Source of the DNA: Cyanophora paradoxa CCMP329
Taxonomy: Eukaryota; Plantae; Glaucophyta
Length of the DNA: 64,000 nucleotides
Assembly (NCBI GenBank): GCA_004431415.1
Contig: QPMI01000047.1
Span: 181,367 to 245,366, forward strand
Reading direction: 5' to 3'
Numbering within the stretch: position 1 is the first letter of the stretch; the number at the start of each line of letters is the position of its first letter. A program made the translations under genes and the position numbers. A model generated the notes under the pieces. The model was not told the origin of the DNA. It searched no databases and saw only the letters and a program-made list of their open reading frames with translations. Positions 1 through 11,400 of the stretch are shown here, piece by piece.

Positions 1-1750
1 CCCGCATGCGCAGTGCGCATGCACGCCGTGACGAGGTCGACGGCATTAATTATAATCATAGTACTACACAGTAATATTGCGGCTGGAGGCCGCGGCCCGC
101 GGGACCCGATCCGAGCCGATCGCGCGATCATGCACTGCGCATGCGGGGCCAGCCGCCAGTGCGGGCAGTCTCAGAGTCTGCGGCAGCGGCCGCGGCGGCG
201 CCCGGCGGCCGGCGGGTCATGGCCATGGCCAATCATGTCCGACGGTCCGACGCCGGACCGACGGTCATGCCGCGTGCATATGATGATCAATCGATATCCG
301 ATTCGATCGTGGCATGCGCAAGTTACACTGGCAAGCGCAAGTCGTATACCTGGCCCGGAAATTTCGAATTCAGATATAAATTGTCGCACTTGAGTGCACG
401 ATAATTAAATATCTACTAAGCTTTAAGTTACTACTACTTACTACTAAGTTACTAGCTAGTTTAAATTTACTCAGTATCGTATTCGAATTCATTAGCATCT
501 TTTCATATTATTTATTGATTATGCGCGTATCGATATCTCAGAGTCGACGTCTTACATTTGACACCCGTCATGACGCGGACGCGGACCCGGACGCGGATCT
601 TCCGAGTTCGAATTCGAGCTTCGAAGTTCGAAGTCGACGTCCGACCGTCCAAAAACCGATCGCGAATCGATTCGCGATTTCCGATGATCGTCATCATATC
701 GATATCCATGCATATATGATCCGATCGACTCCCATTACGAGTCACATAATAGACCTATACTAGTATGCATCATTTTCAGGCATATCCGATGATTCGCGGG
801 CGACGTCGACCATTACTGGCATGAATCGGACTCATGATCGATATCATCGACGATATGTAATTATAATCTGCGCGAGAAGATCGATATCTAGAACTTGCAA
901 TTGACGCAACGCACTTGGCACTGTTGCACTGCGGCAATTGGCACAATTTGCTTAATTTGGCAGTCGCCTTGGCCCAGACTCCCAGACTAATAACTTTTAT
1001 ATAATTCGTAATAAGAATCCCAGTGGCAACTTGATGACAAGAATTCGAAGCCTTTAATTTGCAATTGATCATGACTCAGTAAAGAACGTGCGAAGTTACA
1101 CTGCGAACTTGAAAGTCTTGAATTCGAAACGGTTCACGGTTCAACGGTTAACAGCCCGGCGCCGGGCCGCCGGCGCCGGCTGGCGGCGGCGCGGCGCCCG
1201 GCTCGGCGCCTCGCGATCGTCCGACGGTCGCGGGCCTCGCGGCCTCAGGGCCTCGACGTCCGAGTACTACTACTAGTACGTATCATGATCGTATCGCGAT
1301 CGTAGGCAGAGTGCACTTGTACCGTAGTACTGCCGCTGCATGCCTACTATTGCGTATACGTAGCTAACGGCGAGCCAAGCGCGCGGCGAGCCAACTTGGC
1401 AAGCGCTGCCGCGTAGCTATAGTGCACGTGCACGGCTACATACTGTGCATGCGCACGTATACGTACTGCGCAGCTGCATATGCATCCGTTACTAGTTAGC
1501 GACTAGTATATAGTGCACGTACGTATACGTGGCAGCACTGGCAGCGTCGATCAGAGCTCGAGTATACGTATACAGCTCAACTTGTAAGCTTATATTGCAT
1601 CGATATCGATATCGTCCGGAGTCCGGACCGGCGACGCGCCAGCCGCGCCGCGGCCGGCCGGCTTCGTACGCGTGTTGACTACGATCGTGAGCTCGAAGGG
1701 CGGACACGCGCGCGTGCGTATATATACGTACGAGTGCGCACGCGTACGCG
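1..1750. other. Non-coding DNA built from blocks of short palindromic words
   Basis: Runs dominated by TGCA/GCATGC, CCGCGG, GATC/ATCGAT, TTCGAA/GTCGAC, CTAG/AGTACT, TACGTA; the ORFs here have no recognisable content. Confidence 0.6.
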
Positions 1751-1759
1751 CGCGGGCCC

Positions 1760-4700
1760 ATGCATATGGCCAGGCGGGTTTCCTCAAGCAGGTGTACGGC
1801 CCATGGCCATGCTTTGGAGGTGTACATTCTCGCAGTAATAGTCGTCGTATACGTGTCCAGCTGCAGCGCGGTAGCCGCCGCCGGCCAGGCGCCGGCGACG
1901 AGCTTCTTGACGCTGCTGTCCTCTTCAAGCGCTGAATGTGTCGTTTCGGAATCTGCATCCTGCAGAGTGGAGTGGGAGGTCGCCAACAGCACCTTCGTCT
2001 ACGATCTGCGAGTCTGCAATATGAATGGAACGACATCAGCAGCCATGGCCAACGTAACGTGCGCCATCCGAAGCGCTTTGAAGGACATCCAATCATGGTA
2101 CAACACAACCGGCACCAACAGCACCCAGCTTGCGCTGGCGGCAGCCGATCTTCAGCGTGTTTGCGGTGGCAATCTGACCAGGTGCGCCGGCCCAGGCCTA
2201 GGATGTCATTTATATATATCTACGTATATATGCACATTCGAATTCCTTCATGCATGTTGACTTGCGCGTGCGCACACACGCGTACGCGCGATTGCAGCTG
2301 CTCCGCATTCTTTGTGATCTCCTATCAGAACGGATCGGCTCCAGCCTATATATATGCGAGCAGAGCTGTCACGCTGAAAGCAGCCCCGGTGAACATCGCT
2401 CCGAGCTCCGATCACCTCTGCACGAACTTGGATGCGAGTTGCACGGTTCGCTGGAACAGCACGGCCGCTGCTGCGGAGTCTGTAGATGTGTATGTTTGCC
2501 GAGCGTCAGCCTACAGCAACGGAGCCTGCGTCACTGTACGCCTATATATTCTGTGGATGTTGCAGACGCGCTATCGCTCTAAGAACTTCCGCATGCGCAG
2601 CTGGCCACCTCCGTAACAGCTCAAGTCTTCGAGTACAGAGTCACGCAAGCCGCAGCTGTCAGTCTTTGCAGGTGCGGCAGGGCCCCGGGGCATATGCATG
2701 TTTACGATCAGGTGCAGATGGGACATATATACTATGATCCTGATATGCATTCGGCATTCGCATTTCGCGCAGCTCCACGAACAGAGGGATCTACAACTGC
2801 TCCGCGTTCTGGATTGTGAGGCCAGCCGGCCAGCCAGAGGCCGATCGTACGCAGGAGGGCGTCCGCGCTGTCAGGATCGCGTTCCACAAAGTCTTCATCA
2901 ACCCGGCCCCGGCGTCTCCCTGTATGACCTCGAACCGCTCATGCGCTGTCTCTTGGGACGACTTCGCTGCCGCCGCCGGCGGCTTTATCACCGTGAAGCG
3001 CTACGATGTTTTCTTGTGCCGATCCGATCAGAACACAGATTTGGCTGCCTCTTGTTTGCTGGTTTGAGACACTTCCTTCCTCGAATTTATTTCGCGGTTG
3101 CAATCGCATGAGCAGAAGCAATCTCGCAGGCGGGGAATACAACAGATCTATCTCTGCAGGTCAATGTGACGAGCTTTAATGTATCCACCGTATGCGGCCG
3201 CGGGTGTGTGCTCCTTTTTCGAATCGATCGCGAATTATAAATTCGAATTCGGACTGCGATGCAGAAATCCAGTGTGGGAATGCGACGCATTCTGGATTGT
3301 TCGCGCGGTAGTGTCAAACACTTCTTCTTTCGACGGATCTCATACCGTCAAGCTTTCCGCCGACGAAATTATGCTCGAGTGCATTCATAATAATTTATTT
3401 GGATTAAATTGAATGCAGACAAAATCGGCCATATTATTCACCACGATTTCCCTGTACCGCAGGTCTTGGTCATCGCCGTTCTGTGCCTTAAATGAACCCT
3501 GCGTAATTAGGTGGTGGGGACGTGGCTCTTATCCCCAGGATATTACTTTTCTTCACCTCTGTCCAACTAGTACTCCCGATTCGAACCGCACGAATTGCGA
3601 GAACGTGCGCCGCCCACCCTCTTTATATTTATTTTATATATTTCTATAGCTAACCGAGGCTCGCGATCACGGAAGCTTGCGGAGGGGAATACCACCGTGG
3701 TCGACCCCGCGGCCCGAACGTTTACCGTGACCCTGAGATGGCCGCACTTCAAAAACTTCTGCGGGTGCGCTCGCCGTATATAAATTTATCATTAAAGCTC
3801 CCGGCTCGCGCGTGCGAGACACACCACATAATCATGATCACAAACGTTAACCCCTCCGGCGTAGGGAGGGCGTATTTTCGTGCGAGGCTTTCGCCATCGT
3901 CAGTGCACGTGGCAGCAGTACAAGTATACCAGCTGGCGGTGCATGGCTATCTATCTGGCTGTTATCGTACTACCCTATAGTCTCCAATTCATCTTCACGG
4001 TCGGTGGATATGGAATGCGTGACAAGCGGCAATGTTAACTGCACCGTCACCTGGCGCGGTATCGAAATCGCACCTGCGTACAATGTCTATTTAGGCCCTC
4101 TATTGGTATATAATCAATCAATTTAGATAACACGAATTCGTGGAATCGATTTCTCGGTCGCACGCAGATCGTGACTGGAAACTCGAGCATACCTGTCAAT
4201 GACTTCGCATTGGCGATGTCGCGATCGCAAATCATAAACTTGGACACCCCTATTTATAATTTTACGTATGCGATCTCCGTCAACGACGTTTACACAATTT
4301 GCGGGTTCGAATTTCATGTCGAGTCATATGCGAAATGCATTCCGCCGCATTGTCATTTTAATTTCGCATGCGTTCGCCGTGACGCCGCGCTCAGGTTCGG
4401 TGTTGACTCTTGCAATACGACTATGAAGGTGGAAACACTCAGATACGCTGCTGCGGGAGATGGGCCCTGGACCGACGGAACATTAGCACAATTGCAAGTC
4501 TTTCGTCCACTTAGAGTTACCGCAGACGTCCTTAGAATCTCCGCAGCCACTTCAGAAAGCTGCCAGCCTTCGTCGTATTACCTCCGACAGCAAGGGTTCG
4601 CATGCCGCGTCTTCTGGCACGTAAAAGAACCGGGATTCGGATCATACAGCGTTTTTCTGTGTCCTATGACTTCCGTTATTGTAAGCTTGCTTAGCTTCTC

Positions 4701-7204
4701 AAACATCAATGAAAGCTCATGCGTCGTCGTACGTCATCTTTTGCGCCACCCATTGAATGTTTTGATCATGGCTCAATTTTATTCAGATGAATCCTACCAA
4801 GAGCGTTGCAACTGGCTCTTCCTCAGGCCTTGAATTCTCCATTCAAGCTGTCGCAGTGTCGCGACTGTGCGGGTATGCAGTAGTTTGACGACTGTACGGA
4901 ATTTCCAATATAAATGCATGACGGCCCGGTCCCCACAAATCAGAGCGACGTCGGCGAGCTGCACCGTGGCTCTGGCGTTGAAGGGTCTTCTGCCGCGTGA
5001 CAGTCTCGTCGCGTCTGCAAGCGCTGCATATGCTGTGAAAAGAATCTTTATCTCTACCTACGAGACGTCAGTGGGATTTGCGCCCGCAGCACCGATGCGG
5101 ATGTTGTGCTACGCTGGGAGTGCATCCGCGTGCTCCGTTCCATGGGTGGTCGACTCTGGATTCACGGGCGTCGCCCTGAAGGAGCTAGGGCATGAATCTC
5201 GTACGGGAGTGTTGTTTGCAATCTGTAAGAATAGTCCCGCGCCGGCGCCGGCGTCGACGTCAGCGTCCGAAGAGCTCGAGGGCGACTACTTGCGTTCTCG
5301 GTTGCAATCTGGAGAATGCGAAGTGGTCAGGTTCATTTCTCTGTCCGACACGCTGAGACAATTGCCGGCGATACTGGTGCGTTACGAGCATTCTGCCCGT
5401 TGCTGAATTAAAGACGAAGATTCGTGCAATGTTGATACCGGCAAGCTGACATGCTTTAATCCGTTTCTAGAACGATGCATCGACAACGGTCAGATCAGGG
5501 ATTGCTCTTCCACGATTATCGGATTTGCGAGAGCACTTAAGCTTGAAAGCATGCAGTGAAAGACAGTGCGCGAGCCCGAGCTCAATGCACCAGACCAAGG
5601 ACTGATGCCAGGCAGAACCAACTGCACTGCCTACATTGGTCTGTTTGCAGCATCTAAGAGAAACTACTCAACAAATCAGGACCCTTCGTTGCTTGCAGAC
5701 CATATCATATCGAATTCTTTTCGAGAGGTCTCTGTCTTGAAGCCGACGCTTTCAGTCAACAAACAGTCATCGTCTCAGTCGTGTTCTGTCGTTCAATCGG
5801 AACGACGCGCAATTGACACCGACTGCGAGTTACCAATTTCTTGGATCACGAAACTGGATTACGCGAGGGTTGCGATCTGCAAGTCCCCAAGCTATAATAA
5901 AGGAGAATGTGTCGAGGTGCATGTGATTGCAATTGATCATGCATATGAAGTCCAAGTTTAGCCTACGCTAGCGCTGCAGATGCATTAAATTTGAATTCGA
6001 AATTCGCAGCTTGAGCCCAAGCTTGCGAGCTCTTCGTCTTCCAGATATCCCCTGAAAATCAACCGAAAAGCTTACGACAGCATCTGCGGGTGTGCATAAT
6101 GCATATATAATTTATAATATTGATGGATATATAATTAGTTGATTTAGACTGTTCACGATATCGATTGACTGAAAATGCAGGCCGCGACCGAGCTTGCTAT
6201 TGGCGATGAAGCTGCGCTCCTGCAATGCATACGTCTTTGTCATCGGCTTGAGCTTGTCCGGGAACTCGAGCGGGTACTGGAGCTCGAGCGGAAGCCACAA
6301 CTTCACTTACGATCATGATGAAAGTCAAACCGACACTCTCGATTCTCTACGGATCACTCTCGAATTGAATTTGCTTGACGTGCACGTGTCGGCCAGCGAC
6401 ACAGCAAGGTCCGGCGTGACCCTCGGCCACCACGCCGTCCCACCTCGACTGGTATCAGCGCTGACAATCCTGCTTCCTGTTATCTTCCCGGCCCTACTCG
6501 GCATTGGAGCGACTCACTTTAAGCGGCAGTCTGTATTCGGCAGTCTTTATTCGGCAGTCTGCTTGGTTTTGTTTGTGGTGCAGTTCGTCGCCATTGTTCT
6601 CGCCATCGCGCTCCCGGCGTGGTTCGGCGATCCCCAAGTCATTCGCTATGGATTGGTGCAAGCCTCACATGAAAATTGGAGCTGGAGGTGGCTTGACTTC
6701 TGCGAAGTCAGCGACCTCGAAAACGAGGAGGTGTGCATGCTGGCCAAAGCATACACGGCGGCACTTGTGTTCGGCGCTCTTTCGGCGGCCCTCGCAGCTG
6801 CTGGGGTGGTATTTTCTATAGCCGCCCTTGCAGTCGCCAAGCCTTCGGACGGAGGGCTTGCAATTGGAATGGAGGACGGAGATCCGGAGTCTACACCCGG
6901 AGCTTCGAATTCGCGCCTTCGGTACCACCTGGTCGCATCGTTCGATGTGCAGGCCATCTCGTTCGTCCTGTCCATCACAACCCTCGGCCTTGTTACAGGG
7001 GCTACCGCAAAGTTTGCAAGGGGCGTCACGCTGTTCGACGCCCCTCTGGGCCCCTGCGTCGGATTGCAACTCATCGCTATCAGCTCCGCAATCGCCGGAG
7101 CTGTGAACATCCTTCAGAATCTCCGGTCCCTGGCCAATTCAAATCGACGCATAGCGCCCCTTGATCCGAAAGATAAGAACCCAGTTACACCCCCAGATCT
7201 GTAG
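1760..7204 (+). CDS. Large multi-exon Cys-rich surface protein with about 8 repeated C-x-C-x-V-x-W...(V/L)C...C modules and a C-terminal multi-pass claudin/amastin-like membrane domain
   Basis: N-terminal hydrophobic stretch (YILAVIVVVYVSSCSA); repeated modules such as CTNLDASCTVRW...VDVYVC...GAC, CMTSNRSCAVSW...YDVFLC...ASC, CALNEPCVIRW...FLHLC...TNC; many N-x-S/T sites; last exon (ORF 6194-7204) has about 5 hydrophobic helices and a W..RYGL..C..C loop. Internal exon boundaries only partly resolved. Confidence 0.65.
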
Positions 7205-8453
7205 CTACGCCTCAAACGCCTCGGCTCCTTTTGCAGCTGTAGCGGCGCCTGCCAGGCTGCAGCTGCCCGAAATCTCGACGCAATCAATTACAAGACAATT
7301 TAGAGCTTCGAATTCAGAGACAGCAAATTTGAATTCGGATGCGCAATTGGAACGCATTTTTTCAAGAACTCTCGATCCATCGACGTCACAATTTTGGAAC
7401 TTTTACTTACATAGCTTGATCATGAACATTGAATATTTTAGACTTGATGTAGTTTTACAGATTCAACTCTCAGAATTCGAATGCACATGCATACGATAAC
7501 CGGTTGTCTCAGGAGCCTGCGCATGCGTGCTAATTCAATTTTCTCATGACCATGAACAATATTAATCAAGGTTTGACGATCTAGCGCTAGCCTAGGCCTA
7601 GGCCTGCAGCTGGTAGAGTCCGACGGTCGCCGATCGCGAGCTCGAGTCGGGCAGCATCTCGAGCTCGGCAGCATCTGGAGGGAGAAGGGTTCAGAACAGA
7701 TCCGGATCCGGACCCAGCAGGCGCCTTGGGATCCGCGGCCGGTTTCACAATTGCAAGTTCACATCCGATGACCCAGGCCAGCTGCGCATGCAGGCCTAGA
7801 GATCTAGACGAGCCTCGAGTTCGACGAGATGCACGCGCGTTGCAGTATTAATTGACGAGGTCGATGTCGCCTAAATTAAATCACGAGCCGATATCGATCG
7901 CGACGTCGAGCCGGCGCCTGCATTTGCGCGCGCTGGCAGCTGCAGTGCCTGCAGCTGGCATGCATATGCGCACCATGCGTCCGGTCCGGTCCCGGGAATC
8001 AGCTGCATGCGCAGGTTTCAACTCGGCGAGCTTCAGTGCCGCTGTGCGCCCTCGCCCCGCGGCCTGCGTTGGGGCACAAGCGTTCAGCGGAAGCGTTCGC
8101 ACACGCGCGCGCTCACATTCTTTGTACACAACCGCGTGGGCGGCACTGCGGCAGCGCGCGCGGGCCGAAAAATACAACTCGGGGCGGGGCGGGGCGGGGC
8201 GGGCGCGACAATCCTCTACTCTAGCCGACGCAGCTGACGCAGACGCCGGGCACGCCCCACTGCAGGGGGCGGGCCAAGCGGCCGCTAAGCTAACGCGGTC
8301 AAGCTGGCACGGGCACCTAACTACTCCGAGAGGCGTCCGGCGCGCGCCACGCGGCACATTCCGCTGTATGCGGAACGGCTTCGAGGCGGTGCCGGAGGCC
8401 CCCGCGGCAAGTCGACGTCGTCGAAGGGGCGGGCGGCCGCGGGGCGGCGCCGG

Positions 8454-11400
8454 TCAGTGCCGTGGGGAGCGCCCCCGGAAGTAGGAGGCCTCGGCGGGGG
8501 CCGGCGCCTGCGCCTTGGCCGGCCGCTCCATCTGGCCGATGAGGGAGGCCTGGCCATGGGCGGCCGCGGCCGCCTCGGAGAGGGAGAGCCGCTCGATGCC
8601 GGGCAGGACCGCCGAGCTGGCCGGGGCCGAGGCCGCCGAGCCCACGAGGCGCGAGGGCTTGACGTGCACCTCCTCCTGCGCCGCGGCCGCCGCCGCAGAG
8701 GCGAAGTCCGACGTCGAGGCGGCGTGCGGGCGCCGCCGGTAGTCCGGGATGATGTACTGCGGTGGACGACCCCGTCGGCTCCGGGGTACGGGTAAATAAT
8801 AGAACGCTGGGGGGGTACCTGGTGGTCGAAGCGGATGTACGAGGCCATCTCCTGCTGCACGTGGAGGGCCTCGCGGAAGACCTGTACCCCCGGCGTCAGC
8901 TCGGCTCGAAGTCATCACTGAAATTCGGCTCTGCGGATTCGAACACTCACCTGCGGGATCTCTGCGAGGTGGCGGACGACGGCCTCGCCCGTGTCGTAGT
9001 CGCGGGGCGGCAGCAGCTCGTGCTGGACGAGGGCCGGCTCGGGCGCCGCCGGCGGGGGGACCGGCGGGGCCGACGGGTCGCGCGAGAGGACGGAGACGGC
9101 GAGGGCGCCGGTGTCCGGGTCGGGCCAGAGGATGGAGGAGAGGCGCAGCATGTACGTGCCGGCCCGCCCCGACCGCACCAGCTCCTGCTCCGCGTCGTGC
9201 CGCGAGACGAAGGCGTGCCGCAGAGCCGCCGGCGCCGGGTGCTCCTCCTCCGGCGCCCCCGCCCCCGCCGCCCCCGCCTCGGCCGCCTCGCGCCACAGGT
9301 TCTGGGTGCGCGCGAGCGTGCCCCGCGCGAAGAAGAACCTGGGAGGAGTTCAATCAGATCCGAGCTACCATCGAAGAATAACATTTAGAAAGGGCACCAG
9401 GGCCAGGTCTTGACGAAGGCCTCCTTGTTGATGGGCTCCCCGAGGTTAACGGGCGCCGCGTTGCGCGGGAGGAGCGCCGGGTTGGCGAGCCGCTCCTGCA
9501 CTGCCGCGGGCGTCAGCGTGCACTGCGGCGGGCAGGAAGCGGAAGGAGCGAGCGAGCGAGCGGGCGCACCGATGGCGCGGGCGTTGTCGAGGTCGCGGTC
9601 GGAGACGGGGAGCGGGGCGAAGAGGCGGTAGGCGGCGCGGGAGACGTCGGCCCAGGCGACCTGCTCCCGCCCCGCCGCGACGCGCGCCCAGGTCGCCTCG
9701 ACCGAGGCGGCCATGCCCGGCGTCCGCTGCAGCACGAGCTCCTCGCGCCCCGCCGCCTTGCCGGCCTCGTCCTCGGCCTCGGCTGCCGAGCGCCGCCCGG
9801 CGGCGACGTCGGCCGAGACGTGGGCGAGGACGCGGGCCTTGGCCAGCGCCGCGACGTGCGCGGCGAACGAGGACCAGGCGCGGCCCTGCGCCGCGTGCTC
9901 CGCGCTCTGCCAGACGCGCCTCGCGAAGAGCTCGCGGTGGAGGAAGGCCAGCGCGGCGGCCGCGTCGACGCGGTCCCCGAGCATGACAGGCTCTCGGTAC
10001 AGGCGGAAGTACTCGCCGGCCGCCGCCGCCACGCGCGCCGCGGTCATGCCCATCACAGCCGTGCCGTCTGCGGAGCGAGCCGAGGTGAGAACGCGGCGGC
10101 GCTCGAAGCGAGATCTTCTTCGGCGTTTCGCACCGTCCTTGACGATGAGGGAGTTGAAGCGGCGGGAGACGAGGCGGAGCGGGCCCAGCTCGAAGGTCGT
10201 GAGGCCCGTCTGGCTGAAGATGCGGACCTGCGGGACGCCCGCTCAGCCCCCCGCCGCCCTTGGGAAGATGAACGAAGCTGGGAAGAGAGGAGAGAGGCAG
10301 CCTAGGGTGTTGTTGATGCGTGCGTGCACCGAAGGCGCATCATCATAGACGCATCCGTTCGGTGGCGCATCCGCATCCGAAACCGAAGCGAAAGAAGCGC
10401 ATGCGAACGGAGCGCGGCGCCCTATCTTCTCCGCTCCTCTATGCGATTTTAATGTATCTTTTATCTTCGATGGGAGCGCACCATGACTTCGTCGGGGAGG
10501 ATGGCGGTGTAGTCGCGGGCGGCGGCGGCCTTGGCGAGGCGGCGGAAGCGGCGGCAGACGGCGCCGAAGCGGCTCAGCTCCGCCGAGTCGAAACTCTGCA
10601 GCGACTCCAGCACGAGCTCGTCCGGCATGCCCACCAGGCTCGCGTAGGGGCCGGACAGGGCCGAGGCCGGCACACCGCCCTCCGCGTCCACGTCCATGCC
10701 CTCCCCCGCGGCCGCGCCCTCCTCCTGCTGCTCCTCGGCGTCCGAGGACATCGGCGAGGCGCGCACCCCGTCCTCCTCGTCCTCCTCGCTCGCGGCGGTG
10801 CGCTCGTCGTCCGACTCCATGAGCGGCGGCACGTAGATGACGGGGCGCATCACGGCGTTGGCGCGGCCCTCGTCGTAGTACTGCGCGCCCGGCCCGGCGC
10901 ACGCTCAGTCGGGAGCAGAGTCAGAGACGGCGGAGGCGGTCGTACGGACCTCGGGCCAGCACTCCTGGACGGTGCGGCCGGCCCAGCACGGCGCGGGCGC
11001 CGCGGCGGCGGCAACGGCGACGGCGGCGCGGACGGTGAGGTCCACGCGCCGGTCGTAGAAGGCGTCTAGCGCGGAGGCTGACTTAAGGAGCGCGGCCTGG
11101 CGGAGACAGTGAGTTAGTTAGTAAAGGGCGGGCCGGTTCTTCCAGCGGGGGAGGAGGGCGGCGGCGCACGATGTGCATGGCGGTGAGTCCGTGCTGGTTG
11201 GCGGCGTACGGGTCGGCCGCGGAGGCGTCCAGCAGGGCCGAACAGAGGTCGCCGGCGCCCAGGCCGGCGGCGTAGTGCAGCGGCGAGTTGCCGGAGGCGT
11301 CCCGCGCGGCCGCGAGCGCCCGCGCCGCGTCGGGCCCCGCCGCGCGTGCGCCGTCGGCGACGGCGCGGAGCTTGGCGGCGGCGAGGCGGCAGGCCGGCGA

